Counted from the first letter of the stretch, positions 1 to 11,046 are shown. The stretch: DNA of 64,000 nt from Vulcanimicrobiota bacterium (GCA_963714015.1 OY970223.1:288001-352000), one strand, 5' to 3'. Numbers and translations are program-made. The notes: a model not told the origin generated them from the letters alone.

Positions 1-122
1 ACGGTCTGCGATGCCGATTGCAGCGCATTGCTGAGCATCAGCGGAATGAGAAACACGAGAAAGAGCCGCCACATTGGGCGGCTCTCGTCGAAGATGTTTA
101 CGGCACCCCGTCTCGCTTGCAC
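1..122 (-). CDS. MATE family efflux transporter, N-terminal fragment (runs off window edge)
   Basis: Manual translation from GTG at 122: VQARRGAVNIFDESRPMWRLFLVFLIPLMLSNALQSASQT, typical of MATE TM1; directly downstream of PadR gene. Confidence 0.6.
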   Translation of the reverse strand, partial: MQARRGAVNIFDESRPMWRLFLVFLIPLMLSNALQSASQT

Positions 123-125
123 GCG

Positions 126-638
126 CTACTCGTTTGCAAGCAGCGTGTAGATCTCTTTTCTGAGCGAGGTGATTCGCTCGACTATGTGCGCGATGGTCTC
201 GGGCTTGGCCGCATTCGCGCCCTGCATGACCGCGGCCATCAATTTGCGCGTCGCGTCGCGCAGTTCGGGGTTGGCCTCTTCGGAATCCGGCTCTGCCTCA
301 AAGTCGGCCTTATCAAAGTGCGGACCGTGCTCGCGCAGGTACTCGCGTCCGGCATCCGTGAGGCTGTAGATGCGTTTACCGTTTTCCTCACGGCTTGCAA
401 CCAAGCCGGCCTCCTCCAGTTTGGCGAGCACGGGATAGAGCGCCCCCGGCCCGGCGCCCCATCCATGCTCCCGCAGCGCCGAGAGGAAGCCGTATCCATG
501 GCGCTCTTCCTGCTCGAGCAGCTTCAAAACCACCCACTTCAACATGCCCCGCTTGAATCTCCGATGGCCGCGATGACCGCCCATGGGTCCCCAGCCCGTG
601 CCACGACGGCCGCGTTCAAGATGCATTTCAAAATCCAT
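126..638 (-). CDS. PadR family transcriptional regulator
   Basis: RGMLKWVVLKLLEQEERHGYG...PGALYPVLAKLEEAGLV...KRIYSLTDAGRE winged-helix motif; start reset to ATG 638. Confidence 0.9.
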   Translation of the reverse strand: MDFEMHLERGRRGTGWGPMGGHRGHRRFKRGMLKWVVLKLLEQEERHGYGFLSALREHGWGAGPGALYPVLAKLEEAGLVASREENGKRIYSLTDAGREYLREHGPHFDKADFEAEPDSEEANPELRDATRKLMAAVMQGANAAKPETIAHIVERITSLRKEIYTLLANE

Positions 639-651
639 ATCGCTATATTTA

Positions 652-663
652 TCGATATATCGA
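652..663. promoter_or_regulatory. Perfect palindrome TCGATATATCGA, probable PadR autoregulatory operator
   Basis: 12-bp AT-rich palindrome just upstream of the padR start codon. Confidence 0.55.
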
Positions 664-749
664 AATATGTCAAGTCCCCAGATCGAACGGTATCGCGTTC
701 GAAAGGGGCTTCGCTCAGGATGACGCCGGCGAGTGACGAAGCTGGCGCC

Positions 750-1025
750 ATGCGGCTGGACAAGTTCATGAAGGTATCCCGGCTCTCGAAGCGCCGCTCC
801 GAGGCGCACGAGGCGCTCGAGCACGGACGAATCACCAAGGAAGGGCGAGCGCTCAAACCGGGCTATCAGGTCAAGCCCGGCGACGTGCTCGAGATCCACT
901 ACGCCACCAAGTTCTTGACCGTGCGCGTCATGGAAGTCCCGCTGCGAATGACGCCCGGGGTCAAGCCCTCCGAACTCTACGAGATACTCGAGCAGCGCCG
1001 GGACGAGCCGGCGGAATGGCTGTAA
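750..1025 (+). CDS. RNA-binding S4 domain protein (YabO/RqcP/Hsp15-like)
   Basis: MRLDKFMKVSRLSKRRSEAHEALEHGRI...KPGYQVKPGDVLEI. Confidence 0.9.
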   Translation: MRLDKFMKVSRLSKRRSEAHEALEHGRITKEGRALKPGYQVKPGDVLEIHYATKFLTVRVMEVPLRMTPGVKPSELYEILEQRRDEPAEWL

Positions 1026-1915
1026 GCCTGAGCGCCGACGCCAAGGACGCGCTGGCGCGAATTCTGCCGGATGCCGCCCACTGCCGTAAGGCGCTCCTCG
1101 CCGGCTTGGCGTTGTACGGGGGCAGCCCCGACGGCACTTCATTCGTTACCCAGCGCAACGCCGTGGCGCGCCAGTTCAAGCTGCTGTTGCGGAGCGTCCC
1201 CGGCGAAGCCGCCCAGTCCGAAGCCTCCATCGAAAAGATCCCCGGCAAGCGGCTCAATCGCGTGCCTGTCTATCGCATCGCGTTGCCCCGCGACCTTCGG
1301 CAAACGCCCGGAAAGCCGGTTCGCCGCTGCGACCGTATCGCCGAAGCGCGGGCCGCGTTTCTGGCCTGCGGTTCGGTCTCGGCCGGGACGCAGGGCTATC
1401 ACTTGGAGTTCGTGCTCGTCCGGGAGGAGCACGCCGATCGGCTGGCCTGGATGCTGCGGGCCGTGGGGCCGCAGCCTAAGTCGATGGTGCGCAAACGGAG
1501 GCGGGTCCTCTACTACAAGGACTTCGAAGCTATCGTGGAGCTGCTGACCGTGGTCGGCGCTCACGGCGCCGTGCTGCGCTTAGAAGACGTCCGCGCGCTC
1601 AAAGAGACGAAGAACCGCATCCATCGCCTCGTGAACACCGAAGCAGCCAATCTGGAACGGACCGCCGCGGCGGCCGCGGCTCAGCGCGAAACGATCGAAT
1701 TCATTGCCTCGGCGTACGGACTCCACCGGCTCTCGCCCCGTCTGCGCGAAGTCGCCGACTTGCGGTTGAACTACCCCGATGAAAGTCTGCTGGAACTCGG
1801 GCGGCGGTGTAACCCGCCGGTCTCCAAACCGACGATCAACAGCCGCTTGACGGCGCTCGGGCGCTTGGCCGCGCGGTTACGCGGGGAAACCTCCCGGCAG
1901 GCACGTAAAGGTTAG
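1016..1915 (+). CDS. whiA: DNA-binding protein WhiA
   Basis: AFLACGSVS...[40 protein letters not shown]; upstream of gap. Confidence 0.92.
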   Translation: MAVSLSADAKDALARILPDAAHCRKALLAGLALYGGSPDGTSFVTQRNAVARQFKLLLRSVPGEAAQSEASIEKIPGKRLNRVPVYRIALPRDLRQTPGKPVRRCDRIAEARAAFLACGSVSAGTQGYHLEFVLVREEHADRLAWMLRAVGPQPKSMVRKRRRVLYYKDFEAIVELLTVVGAHGAVLRLEDVRALKETKNRIHRLVNTEAANLERTAAAAAAQRETIEFIASAYGLHRLSPRLREVADLRLNYPDESLLELGRRCNPPVSKPTINSRLTALGRLAARLRGETSRQARKG

Positions 1916-1937
1916 TCTTTTCCGTAGAGGAGTTTGC

Positions 1938-2951
1938 ATGCGTATCGGTATCAACGGGTTTGGCCGCATCGGCCGCAACTTTGCCAAGGCGCTGATGGAG
2001 CGGCATCCGGATATCGAGATCGTCGCGGTTAACGATCTGACGAGCGCTGCCGAGTGCGCGCACTTGTTCAAGTGGGATTCCAACTATGGACCCTACGACG
2101 GGAGCGTTTCGGTCGACGGCGACGCGATAAAGATCGACGATCGGCGTATAAAGGTTTTAGCCGAGCGCGATCCCGCGAAGCTGCCTTGGAAGTCGCTCGG
2201 CGCCGACATCGTGATCGAGTCCACCGGGCTGTTTACGGATGCAAGCAAAGCCCGCGCGCACATCGACGGCGGCGGCGCGAAGAAAGTGGTCATCTCCGCG
2301 CCGGCAAAAGGCGAAGACATCACCGTTGTTCTCGGCGTCAATCATACGCAGTACGATCCGGAAAAGCACAACGTCATCTCCAACGCGTCATGCACGACGA
2401 ACTGCTTGGCGACCGCGGTGAAACCGATCGTCGACAACTTAGGCTGGGTCAAAGGCTTCATGTCGACAATCCACTCGTACACCAACGATCAGAACATTCT
2501 GGACGCTCCGCACAAGGATCTGCGGCGTGCCCGTAACGCTGCGACGAATATCATTCCGACCTCGACCGGCGCCGCCAAAGCGCTGTACCTGACGATTCCC
2601 GAGGTAAAGGGCACCTTCGACGGTTTTGCGCTGCGCGTCCCGACGCCCACCGTTTCGATGATTTATCTGGTCGCGCAGGTCAAGAAAGAGACCACGAAAG
2701 ACGAGCTCAATGCGATTCTGAAACGCGCTGCCGACGGCGACTTGAAAGAGTACGTACAGTACACCGAGGAAGAACTCGTCTCCAGCGACTTCAAACATTC
2801 GCAGTACAGCTCGATCGTCGACGGAAAATTGACGGGCGCCAACGGCGATTTGGTGCAGATCGCCGCCTGGTACGATAACGAGTGGGGTTACTCGTGCCGT
2901 CTGGCGGACCTGACGTCGATGATTCTGGAAAAGATACCGGCGAACGTTTAG
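1938..2951 (+). CDS. gap: Glyceraldehyde-3-phosphate dehydrogenase type I
   Basis: [36 protein letters not shown]. Confidence 0.99.
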   Translation: MRIGINGFGRIGRNFAKALMERHPDIEIVAVNDLTSAAECAHLFKWDSNYGPYDGSVSVDGDAIKIDDRRIKVLAERDPAKLPWKSLGADIVIESTGLFTDASKARAHIDGGGAKKVVISAPAKGEDITVVLGVNHTQYDPEKHNVISNASCTTNCLATAVKPIVDNLGWVKGFMSTIHSYTNDQNILDAPHKDLRRARNAATNIIPTSTGAAKALYLTIPEVKGTFDGFALRVPTPTVSMIYLVAQVKKETTKDELNAILKRAADGDLKEYVQYTEEELVSSDFKHSQYSSIVDGKLTGANGDLVQIAAWYDNEWGYSCRLADLTSMILEKIPANV

Positions 2952-2963
2952 TCCGGCATTCGC

Positions 2964-4184
2964 ATGCGTTTTCCGTTTCTAACGCTGACCGGCATCCCGG
3001 TCAGGAACAAACGCGTCCTCGTGCGCGAAGATCTGAACGTGCCCATGAAGGACGGTCAAATCCTCGACTACAAGCGCGTGGACGCATCGCTCCGGACGAT
3101 CCGCTACTTGGCCGATCACGGTGCCAAGGTCATCATTATCTCGCACTTGGGCAGGCCCGACGGCAAGCCGAACCCCAAATACACGCTTCGTCCGGTTGCA
3201 GGCGCGCTCTCGCAGCGGCTGGGCATCGACGTGACGTTTGCGACCGACGTCGTGGGACCGGCGGCCCATGAAGCGATCGACGCGATCGCTTACGGGCAAA
3301 TCGTGCTGCTCGAGAACGTTCGCTTTGAACCGGGCGAAGAGCAGAACGATCCCGCGTTCGCGCGCAAACTGGCCGATCTCGCGGACGTCTACGTGAACGA
3401 CGCGTTCGGTACGGCGCATCGCGCGCATGCCTCGACGGAGGGCGTCGCGCGCTATCTTCCCAGCGCGGCAGGCTTCTTGATGGAAGCGGAGATTGCCGCG
3501 CTCACAAAACTGATCGACAACCCCGCTCGCCCGTACGTCTGCGTCATCGGCGGCGCAAAAGTCAAAGACAAAGTCGGCGTCTTCACCAAACTGATGGAGA
3601 GGGTGCAGGCATTCTGCGTCGGCGGCGGCATGGCGAACACGTTTCTCGCCGCGCGCGGCGTTGACGTCGGCAAATCGCTGCGCGATGACGATCTCGAACC
3701 GGCAAAAGCGATCTTGGAGTTCTCACGCGGCCGGGACGTCTCCATTCTGCTTCCGCTCGACGCCGTCGTTTCCACGAGCTTCGACAATGACGCCGGCGCG
3801 CACGTCGTCGATCTTTCGCAAGTCGGCGACTCTACGATCCTCGACATCGGACCGAAGACCGCTAACGAGTACGCGGGCATCATCGAGACGGCTAAGACCG
3901 TCGTCTTCAACGGACCGATGGGCGTGTACGAAAAGGAAGCATATCGCGAAGGCACGCGGATCGTCGGTGAGGCCATGAAACGCGCCACCGAGCACGGTGC
4001 AACGACGGTCGTCGGCGGCGGCGATGCGGCGGCCGCAGCGGATGAGTTGGGATTTGCCGAGCACGTGACGCATGTCAGTACCGGCGGCGGAGCGACGCTC
4101 GAGTTTCTGGAAGGCAAAGAGCTTCCGGGCATTAGGGCGTTAGTTCAAGCCGCCGGGCGCGCGCACGAAGGGGCGCGCGGGTGA
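2964..4184 (+). CDS. pgk: Phosphoglycerate kinase
   Basis: DLNVP, SHLGRP, NDAFGTAHRAHAS, STGGGATLEFLEGK. Confidence 0.99.
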   Translation: MRFPFLTLTGIPVRNKRVLVREDLNVPMKDGQILDYKRVDASLRTIRYLADHGAKVIIISHLGRPDGKPNPKYTLRPVAGALSQRLGIDVTFATDVVGPAAHEAIDAIAYGQIVLLENVRFEPGEEQNDPAFARKLADLADVYVNDAFGTAHRAHASTEGVARYLPSAAGFLMEAEIAALTKLIDNPARPYVCVIGGAKVKDKVGVFTKLMERVQAFCVGGGMANTFLAARGVDVGKSLRDDDLEPAKAILEFSRGRDVSILLPLDAVVSTSFDNDAGAHVVDLSQVGDSTILDIGPKTANEYAGIIETAKTVVFNGPMGVYEKEAYREGTRIVGEAMKRATEHGATTVVGGGDAAAAADELGFAEHVTHVSTGGGATLEFLEGKELPGIRALVQAAGRAHEGARG

Positions 4185-4936
4185 GAAGACGGATCTGCGC
4201 CGGCAACTGGAAGATGCACAAAACGGCCGAAGAGGCCGTCGCGTACGTCGAGCGTTTCGCCGAGCTTGCGCCGGGCATTCCGGAACGCGTCGAATTGGTT
4301 GTCTGCCCGGCGTTCACGGCGCTCGACGCTGCCGGCGTCGCGCTGAGGCAAATCCAAGGCGACGACGGCCGAATCAAACTCGGCGCGCAGAACATGCACT
4401 GGGAATCGTCGGGCGCATTCACGGGCGAGATTTCGGCGCCGATGCTGCAGGATTTGGGTGTCGAGTACGTCATTCTCGGCCATTCGGAGCGGCGTCAATA
4501 CTTCGGCGAAACCGATGAATACGTGCGCAAAAAGACGACTGCGGCCCTTGCGGCGGGGCTTACGCCGATCGTCGCCGTGGGAGAGTCGCTGGACATCCGG
4601 CGCGCGGGCGGAACGATCGATCACGCGACGATGCAGATCAAGAGCGCACTGGATGGATTGAGCCCTCAAGAACTTTCGCGGATCGCGATCGCGTACGAGC
4701 CGATCTGGGCGATCGGCACGGGCGAAAACTGCGATCCCGTTGAAGCGAACTCAGTGATGCGCACACTGCGCGGCTGCGTGCCGGGCCTGGAGAACGTGCC
4801 GATACTCTACGGCGGCAGCGTGAAACCCGAAAACATCGCCGAGTACGTCGCGCAATCCGATATCGACGGCGGTCTGGTCGGAGGAGCATCGCTCACGCCC
4901 GACGGCTTTGCCGCGCTGGCAAAGGAAGCGGCGTGA
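4181..4936 (+). CDS. tpiA: Triosephosphate isomerase
   Basis: AGNWKMH, GHSERR, AYEPIWAIGTG, LVGGASL. Confidence 0.99.
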   Translation: MRRRICAGNWKMHKTAEEAVAYVERFAELAPGIPERVELVVCPAFTALDAAGVALRQIQGDDGRIKLGAQNMHWESSGAFTGEISAPMLQDLGVEYVILGHSERRQYFGETDEYVRKKTTAALAAGLTPIVAVGESLDIRRAGGTIDHATMQIKSALDGLSPQELSRIAIAYEPIWAIGTGENCDPVEANSVMRTLRGCVPGLENVPILYGGSVKPENIAEYVAQSDIDGGLVGGASLTPDGFAALAKEAA

Positions 4937-6558
4937 ACTACCGTCCCATCGTGCTTGCAGTCCTTGATGGTTGGGGCTGCAGCGCGCAAACCTACGGCAA
5001 CGCGATTGCCGCTGCAAGGACGCCGCACTGGAACGCCTTCTTCGACAAATATCCTTGGACGATGCTCGAAGCCAGCGGTGAGGCGGTCGGTCTGCCGAAA
5101 GGCATCATGGGCAACAGCGAAGTCGGTCACATGAATCTCGGGAGCGGCCGCGTCGTTCCGCAAGGCGTCGTCATCATCAACGCCGATATCGCCGCCGGGG
5201 ACTTTGCGCGCAACGCCGTACTCAGTCAATGCATCGATCACACAAAACGCACGGGCGGAACGCTGCATTTCCTGGGACTGCTGTCCGACGGAAAAGTACA
5301 CAGCTCGCTCGACCACCTGCTGGAATTGATGAAGTGTGCGCACGCCGCGTCTGCACCGTTTGCCGTTCATGCGTTTTTGGACGGCCGTGATACGCCGCCG
5401 CGTTCGGCGGCAAAGTATCTGCAGCAAGTGGAAGATGCGCTCGGGCAGATGAATGAGCCGGGGGCGATTCGCACTGTCATCGGACGCTTCTATGCCATGG
5501 ATCGCGACAAACGCTGGGAACGCTCGCAGCTCGCGTACGACGCACTGGTGCTGGGCCAAGCCGAATTTCATGCCGCAACCGCCCTTCAAGCGCTGGAAGC
5601 CGGGTACGATCGCGGCGAAAACGACGAGTTCGTAAAGCCCACGATCGTCGGCCTGCGCCGCCCAATTCAGTCCGGAGACGCGTGCATCTTTTTTAACTTC
5701 CGTCCGGATCGTGCGCGCCAGCTGACCCTTGCCTTCAACGCGTCGATCGACGCTTGTCATCCCGAGCAGACTCCCGGTGCGCAAGCGCCGGACCGCCTCC
5801 TGACGAAGCGTCAGGATGGCGCCGGCGGAGAGGAAGGCTTCCCCGTCGCAGCGCTCTGCGACTTCATCTTCGCGACGATGACGAAGTACGATGAAACATT
5901 CCCGAACCCGGTGCTGTTTGGCCCGCGGCCGCAATTCGAAACGTTCGGGGAAATCGTTTCGGCGCAAGGGCTGCGGCAACTGCGCCTAGCGGAGACCGAA
6001 AAGTACGCGCACGTGACGTACTTCTTCAACGGGGGTCGCGAGGACGTATTCGAAGGCGAAGATCGCAAGCTGATTCCTTCCGACCGTTCCGTTGCGACGT
6101 ACGACTTGGCGCCGGAAATGCGGGCTCGCCAAATCACGGACTATGCCGTCGATCAGATTGCAGCCGGCACCTATGACGTGATCATTATGAACTATGCGAA
6201 CGCCGACATGGTGGGCCATACGGGCATGTGGGAACCGACGATCGAAAGCGTCCAAATCCTCGACGCATGTCTGCAGCGGCTGGTAGACGCGGTCTTAAAG
6301 GCCGGGGGCTTATTAGCGATCACCGCGGATCACGGCAACGCCGAAGAGAAAATCGACAAGGACGGCAACCCGCTTACTGCGCACACGACCAATCCCGTGC
6401 CGCTCATCTTCGTCGGGGACATCGCCGGCAAGCTTCGCGAAGGCGGAAAACTGGGGGATGTTGCGCCGACATTGCTGCGAATCATGGCGCTTCCCGTTCC
6501 GGATCGCATGACGGGCGACAACCTTTTCACGCCGGCGGCTTCAGCCGCTTTGCATTAA
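4933..6558 (+). CDS. gpmI: 2,3-bisphosphoglycerate-independent phosphoglycerate mutase (with internal in-frame insertion)
   Basis: LDGWG, MGNSEVGH, GRFYAMDRDKRW, NFRPDRARQ, AETEKYAHVT, DMVGHTG, ADHGN. Confidence 0.98.
   Translation: MNYRPIVLAVLDGWGCSAQTYGNAIAAARTPHWNAFFDKYPWTMLEASGEAVGLPKGIMGNSEVGHMNLGSGRVVPQGVVIINADIAAGDFARNAVLSQCIDHTKRTGGTLHFLGLLSDGKVHSSLDHLLELMKCAHAASAPFAVHAFLDGRDTPPRSAAKYLQQVEDALGQMNEPGAIRTVIGRFYAMDRDKRWERSQLAYDALVLGQAEFHAATALQALEAGYDRGENDEFVKPTIVGLRRPIQSGDACIFFNFRPDRARQLTLAFNASIDACHPEQTPGAQAPDRLLTKRQDGAGGEEGFPVAALCDFIFATMTKYDETFPNPVLFGPRPQFETFGEIVSAQGLRQLRLAETEKYAHVTYFFNGGREDVFEGEDRKLIPSDRSVATYDLAPEMRARQITDYAVDQIAAGTYDVIIMNYANADMVGHTGMWEPTIESVQILDACLQRLVDAVLKAGGLLAITADHGNAEEKIDKDGNPLTAHTTNPVPLIFVGDIAGKLREGGKLGDVAPTLLRIMALPVPDRMTGDNLFTPAASAALH
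5755..5835 (+). repeat. Palindromic (REP/RPE-like) element inserted in frame in gpmI
   Basis: Starts TGTCATCCCGAGC; hairpins CCGGTGC-GCAA-GCGCCGG (5774-5791) and TCCTGACG-AAG-CGTCAGGA (5798-5816); adds roughly 25-30 aa between DRARQLTLAF and FATMTKYD. Confidence 0.55.
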
Positions 6559-6562
6559 CCGC

Positions 6563-7303
6563 ATGGAGCGGATCGGCGAGATCGACGTTGCGATCGTCCT
6601 CGGTTCGGGTCTTTCGGACGTACTTGGTGAACGCGCGGTTTTCGATCGCATTCCTTACGGCGAGATCGGACTTCCCCTTGCACCGCTTGAGGGCCACGCC
6701 GGTCACGCACTCATAGGCCGCTGGCACGGAAAGCGCGTTCTTGCCTACGCCGGCCGCGTCCACGCATACCAAGGCTTTGACGCGCGCGACATCACGCGCA
6801 GCATCTCCGTCGCAGCAGATTGCGGCGCAAAAACGGCAATCCTCACGAACGCCGCCGGCGCTTTGAATCCCGGCTTTCGCGCGGGAGATTTGATGATGAT
6901 TGCCGATCACGTCAACCTGAGCGGCCTCAATCCGCTGGTCGGCAGCGGTCTTTCCAATCCTTTCATCAACATGACGTGCGCGTACAGCGAGCGTTTGCGT
7001 GAGATCGCGCGTAGCATCGATGACGACCTCGTTGAGGGCGTCTACGCCTGCATGCTCGGCCCGACATATGAAACGGCGGCCGAGGCCGATTTTCTGCGAA
7101 TGATCGGCGTCGACGCCGTGGGGATGTCGACCGTTCTGGAAACGATCGCCGCCCGCGCCCGCAAAATGGAAGTCTTCGGAATCAGTCTGATCACCAATAT
7201 GGTCGCATCCAGCGATACGACGCACGCCGACGTAACCCAGGCCGCCGGCGAGGCAGCACCGCGGTTAGGCGATTTACTGGAAGGGCTCATCGAGCGAATC
7301 TAA
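6563..7303 (+). CDS. punA: Purine-nucleoside phosphorylase (trimeric PNP family)
   Basis: IVLGSGL, GRVHAYQG, TNAAG, GPTYET, VGMSTV. Confidence 0.93.
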   Translation: MERIGEIDVAIVLGSGLSDVLGERAVFDRIPYGEIGLPLAPLEGHAGHALIGRWHGKRVLAYAGRVHAYQGFDARDITRSISVAADCGAKTAILTNAAGALNPGFRAGDLMMIADHVNLSGLNPLVGSGLSNPFINMTCAYSERLREIARSIDDDLVEGVYACMLGPTYETAAEADFLRMIGVDAVGMSTVLETIAARARKMEVFGISLITNMVASSDTTHADVTQAAGEAAPRLGDLLEGLIERI

Positions 7304-7441
7304 TCCTTCGGTGTGACAAAACTGCCATTCTGGTGCCATTTCGTCGGTTCCAACGAGAATTCGCGCGGGAGCAGTCGAAAGACGCGACCTCTGCTCTAAA
7401 GATAACCGCGTGAAAACATTTCTCGGAAAGGCTTGCGATTT

Positions 7442-8389
7442 ATGAGGCTCAGGTTGTTGCGCGCGCTCGGAATCGTTACGGCGGCGGCAATCGTTTCGGG
7501 CTGTGCGGGATCGGCGACCCATCTCTTCCCGTCACACTCGTCGGCCTTCGGGACCGAGTCCTATGATGCGTACTGTTCGACGCAATTCGCGTACGTTTCC
7601 AATATCGGCGCAAATACCGTCGAAGAGTTCCATCAAAGCGGACGCGCCCAACGGCCGATTGCAACGATTTCGGACGGCATATCGCATCCCGGCGGCTTAG
7701 CGACTGACGCAAAAGGGAATTTGTACGTCGACGATACCTCGCAGTATAACGGACACTGGGTCGTCCAGTTTTATCCGCCCGGCGCGACATCGCCCGGCAA
7801 AACATACACCAAAGACCTCTCCACGCCGTCGGACACCGTTGTTGCCAAAGACGGAACGATCTACACCGCCAACTTCAATAATTCGGCGGAAGGCTGGGTT
7901 GCCGTCTACCCCAAAGGAGACGTCTCCAAGGAATATCGCCTTTCCGATTTCGGCGGCGGTGCCCCCGTATTCGTTACGCTCGACCGGCAGCAGAATCTCT
8001 ACGTGGCCTACGAAGCCGGCGGCGGTTCCGGAGTCAAGAAGTACAAGCCCGGCGTGAAAACCGGACGAGACCTGAAGCTGAACTTCGGCGACGGCGGCGG
8101 CATACAGGTCGACTCGTCCGGAAATATCATCGTCGTCCAGCAATCGGAGCCTCCCGCGATCCTGATTTTTCCGCCTGGAAAAACGCAGCCGTCACGGACG
8201 ATAACGTTGCCGAACGGCGGAGAGCCGTTCAACATCGCACTCAACGCCGATGATTCGGCGCTCTTCGCAAGCGATTCAATCGGCAACGTGGTGGACCGCT
8301 TCGCTTACCCGTCCGGCGTATTCCAATATTTTCTTGCCGGAGGCTTCAGCAATCCCGAAGGAATCGCAACCGTTCCAACGGCGTATTAG
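7442..8389 (+). CDS. Secreted NHL/SMP-30-like beta-propeller lipoprotein
   Basis: Lipobox IVSGC; repeats such as PGGLATDAKGNLYV and GIQVDSSGNIIV. Confidence 0.7.
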   Translation: MRLRLLRALGIVTAAAIVSGCAGSATHLFPSHSSAFGTESYDAYCSTQFAYVSNIGANTVEEFHQSGRAQRPIATISDGISHPGGLATDAKGNLYVDDTSQYNGHWVVQFYPPGATSPGKTYTKDLSTPSDTVVAKDGTIYTANFNNSAEGWVAVYPKGDVSKEYRLSDFGGGAPVFVTLDRQQNLYVAYEAGGGSGVKKYKPGVKTGRDLKLNFGDGGGIQVDSSGNIIVVQQSEPPAILIFPPGKTQPSRTITLPNGGEPFNIALNADDSALFASDSIGNVVDRFAYPSGVFQYFLAGGFSNPEGIATVPTAY

Positions 8390-8428
8390 ACTCGGCGTTT
8401 CCGTTTGACTTTCGACCGGAGGTTTTTC

Positions 8429-9451
8429 ATGTCTGCCGTTCCATTCCGCGCGTCAATTGCAGCCGTCGCTCTCGTTATTGCATCCGGGTGTTCGAACGCA
8501 AGCTTGCCTCCCTCTAACCATGCCTCGTCGTCATCGGTTTTGCGTGCGAGTCCGATGCTGCCCGGCATGCGCGGCGCGAGCGGCTTTATCGTGAAGGCCG
8601 CTCCGGCAACGACGCTGCCGCGTCCGTGGAATCTTCCACATGTTTGGCCCGCGCAAAGCGAAGTGCTGTTCGTCGCCGACGCTCAAAACAATCAGATTCT
8701 AATGTACGATCCCTTGACGCCGAATCCAACGCCGAAAGGTTCCATTACGGACGGCATAGACGACCCGTTCGGATTGGCGGTTGACAAAAACGGTACGCTC
8801 TACGTCGCGAACTTGGAGGGCGGAAAGCCCGACACCGGTTCGATTTCAATATACAAAGCCGGCTCCACTTCTCCCAGCTTGACGATCCGCAAAGGCCTCG
8901 ATAATCCGCTCGGAATCGCAGTAGACGGCCACGGCAGCGTTTTCGTGAGCAATCTGGACAACAATACCATCGCCGGTTATAAGGCAGGCGCGACCACACC
9001 GTTCGAGACAATCTCCTTCAGCCCATACGGTCAAGCGGGCGGAGTGGGTACCGATGCCGGCGGTAATCTCTGGATCGCCGACGCCTTTGCTAACTACGTC
9101 TACGAGATTCCGGCGGGGAAGACTACTCCGCAGAACGCCGGACTATCCGGGATCAACGGGCCGGCAAACATTGCGTTCGGTGAGGAAGACGTCATGTACG
9201 TTTCAAATTTTGCCGGCTCGGCGGTCAGTATCTTCAAGCACGGCAACACCACGCCGTGGGGATTGATTCTAAAAGGGATCGAAACGGATGGACCCACGTG
9301 GAGCGGATTCACGGCGTCGGACTATTATTTCCAATCGAATCAAAACGACGACGTCGTGGGATACAAAAAGGGTGCGACGTCGCCCTTCAGCACGATACGC
9401 GGCATTCCGAATCCGACCGGCATTGCATCGACGCCGCTCGTAACGAAGTAG
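8429..9451 (+). CDS. Secreted NHL-repeat beta-propeller lipoprotein (paralog of preceding gene)
   Basis: Lipobox IASGC; PFGLAVDKNGTLYV, PLGIAVDGHGSVFV; similar C-terminal NPTGIA motif. Confidence 0.7.
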   Translation: MSAVPFRASIAAVALVIASGCSNASLPPSNHASSSSVLRASPMLPGMRGASGFIVKAAPATTLPRPWNLPHVWPAQSEVLFVADAQNNQILMYDPLTPNPTPKGSITDGIDDPFGLAVDKNGTLYVANLEGGKPDTGSISIYKAGSTSPSLTIRKGLDNPLGIAVDGHGSVFVSNLDNNTIAGYKAGATTPFETISFSPYGQAGGVGTDAGGNLWIADAFANYVYEIPAGKTTPQNAGLSGINGPANIAFGEEDVMYVSNFAGSAVSIFKHGNTTPWGLILKGIETDGPTWSGFTASDYYFQSNQNDDVVGYKKGATSPFSTIRGIPNPTGIASTPLVTK

Positions 9452-9475
9452 CTCGAGCCCCGGCGCTGCGTTTCG

Positions 9476-11000
9476 TTAGGTCGAATATGCAAACGTTGAG
9501 GAAGAACAGCCGGAGCAAGCAAAGGAGACGTTGTTTTGGCCCGGTTGCAGATCGAACGTCAACACCACGCCGGCGCGCCCGGCCGGCGTAACGCCCGGCC
9601 CTGAAATTTGGAGCGTTGCATTGTTGGCCCAAATCGCAAGTCCGTAATGCTCCGCGATCGGGGCTTGCAGAACGAAGTTGATGCGGCCGCCGCTCACCGC
9701 CGCATTGGTTAGAGTTGCCATTTCGCCGGGAGGCAAAGGACTGAATCCCACATTGAAGATCGAAACCGGGTCGTCCGAGTAACGGAAGAGCCTGGCCGGA
9801 ACGGAGTGACCGGCAATAAACGTCATGCCGGCTACGTCATCGTGGTAGTCGATCGTCGCCGGATAAAGTGTTTGCCCTCCAAGGATGGGCGAAGGCACCG
9901 GGGTTCCGCCCGGAATGTAGGGGAACGCGACGGCGCGTGGAGCGGCGGAGAATTTCCGGGCGTCGACGTCGGCTTGAGCTAGGGTCTCAGCCTTCATACC
10001 GTCGGCCGCGGCTTGGGAATACAGCGCGTGGAGAATCGAGGAGTCTCCCGGATCGAGATCTTCATCGCTCTCCTGCTGCGACATCATGACGAGACCTTGC
10101 GTCTCTCCGGCTGCCGCATACGCGTCGACAAGGCTGCGCGCGTAGCGTTCCGCCCCGTCCGTCGTGAAGCCGGCGCGCAGCTGCAGGTCGTCGGGATCAG
10201 TCGAGAAGTAGTACGAAAACCCGCTCAGATAGGCTCGCGTAAGATCGCGGGCCGTCCATTCGAAGGCGAGCATCGCGCAACTTCCGTCGGGAGCGGGTCG
10301 TTTGTACGAGGTTACATCGGCGCAATACGAACCCCACGGTGCGCCTACATCGTCGGTGTTGTCTACGCTGGATTGATTCCAAGCGATCCCCCAAAAGCCC
10401 GACTCACCGCGCGCCAGCGCCGCGGGAATATTTCGCTCGTGTCCGGCGCCTTCGACGCTTACCATGGGATGAAACCAGGAAAAATCGCTCTCCGCTTCTT
10501 CAAGCAAACTTTCGGGCGGCTCGACTTCTACGTCGTCGCCGTTCGCAGAATGATACGTGTTGTATAGCGTACTGTTTACAAAGTAAAGCGGATTGCCGAC
10601 CATCCACGTAATGGGCGTGTGGGTACCCGAAGCGGCCTGCTCGATTGACTCCATACCCGCGAGCGAATACGCTTCTTGCAGCGACGTGGCGACAAATAAT
10701 GCGCTGGTCGGCCCGGACGGCTTCGCCCACGCCGGAACGACGGCATTCGGATCCGAGCTCAATGTTGACGGACGCGCAGCGACTGCGCTTGACGTCAACC
10801 GGCGAGAACGCGCCGGCGGGAACGGTGTACCAGAGGACTCCATCATACGAAACGTCGCATGACTGATCGGCGCGATCGAAGATTCCCACCGAAACCGGCG
10901 CAGGCGGCACAACCGCCGTCCCGCCGCACGAAGAGATTCGCCAACGCGAAGCAGAGCGACGGCAATCGCCGGGAAGAAACGCCGCAGTTATATTCGCCGG
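9476..11000 (-). CDS. Secreted hypothetical protein, possibly DUF3863/polysaccharide deacetylase-like; N-terminus frameshifted
   Basis: Core ORF 9476-10912 (TWMVGN, FWGIAWNQSSVDNTDDVGAPWGSY, FEWTARDL); lipoprotein-like SSCGG start lies in another frame near 10930; 5' end approximate. Confidence 0.5.
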
Positions 11001-11046
11001 CGTTTGGTTACGTTGAGCGCGCTCTGCAGTAGCCATAGAACTGCGG

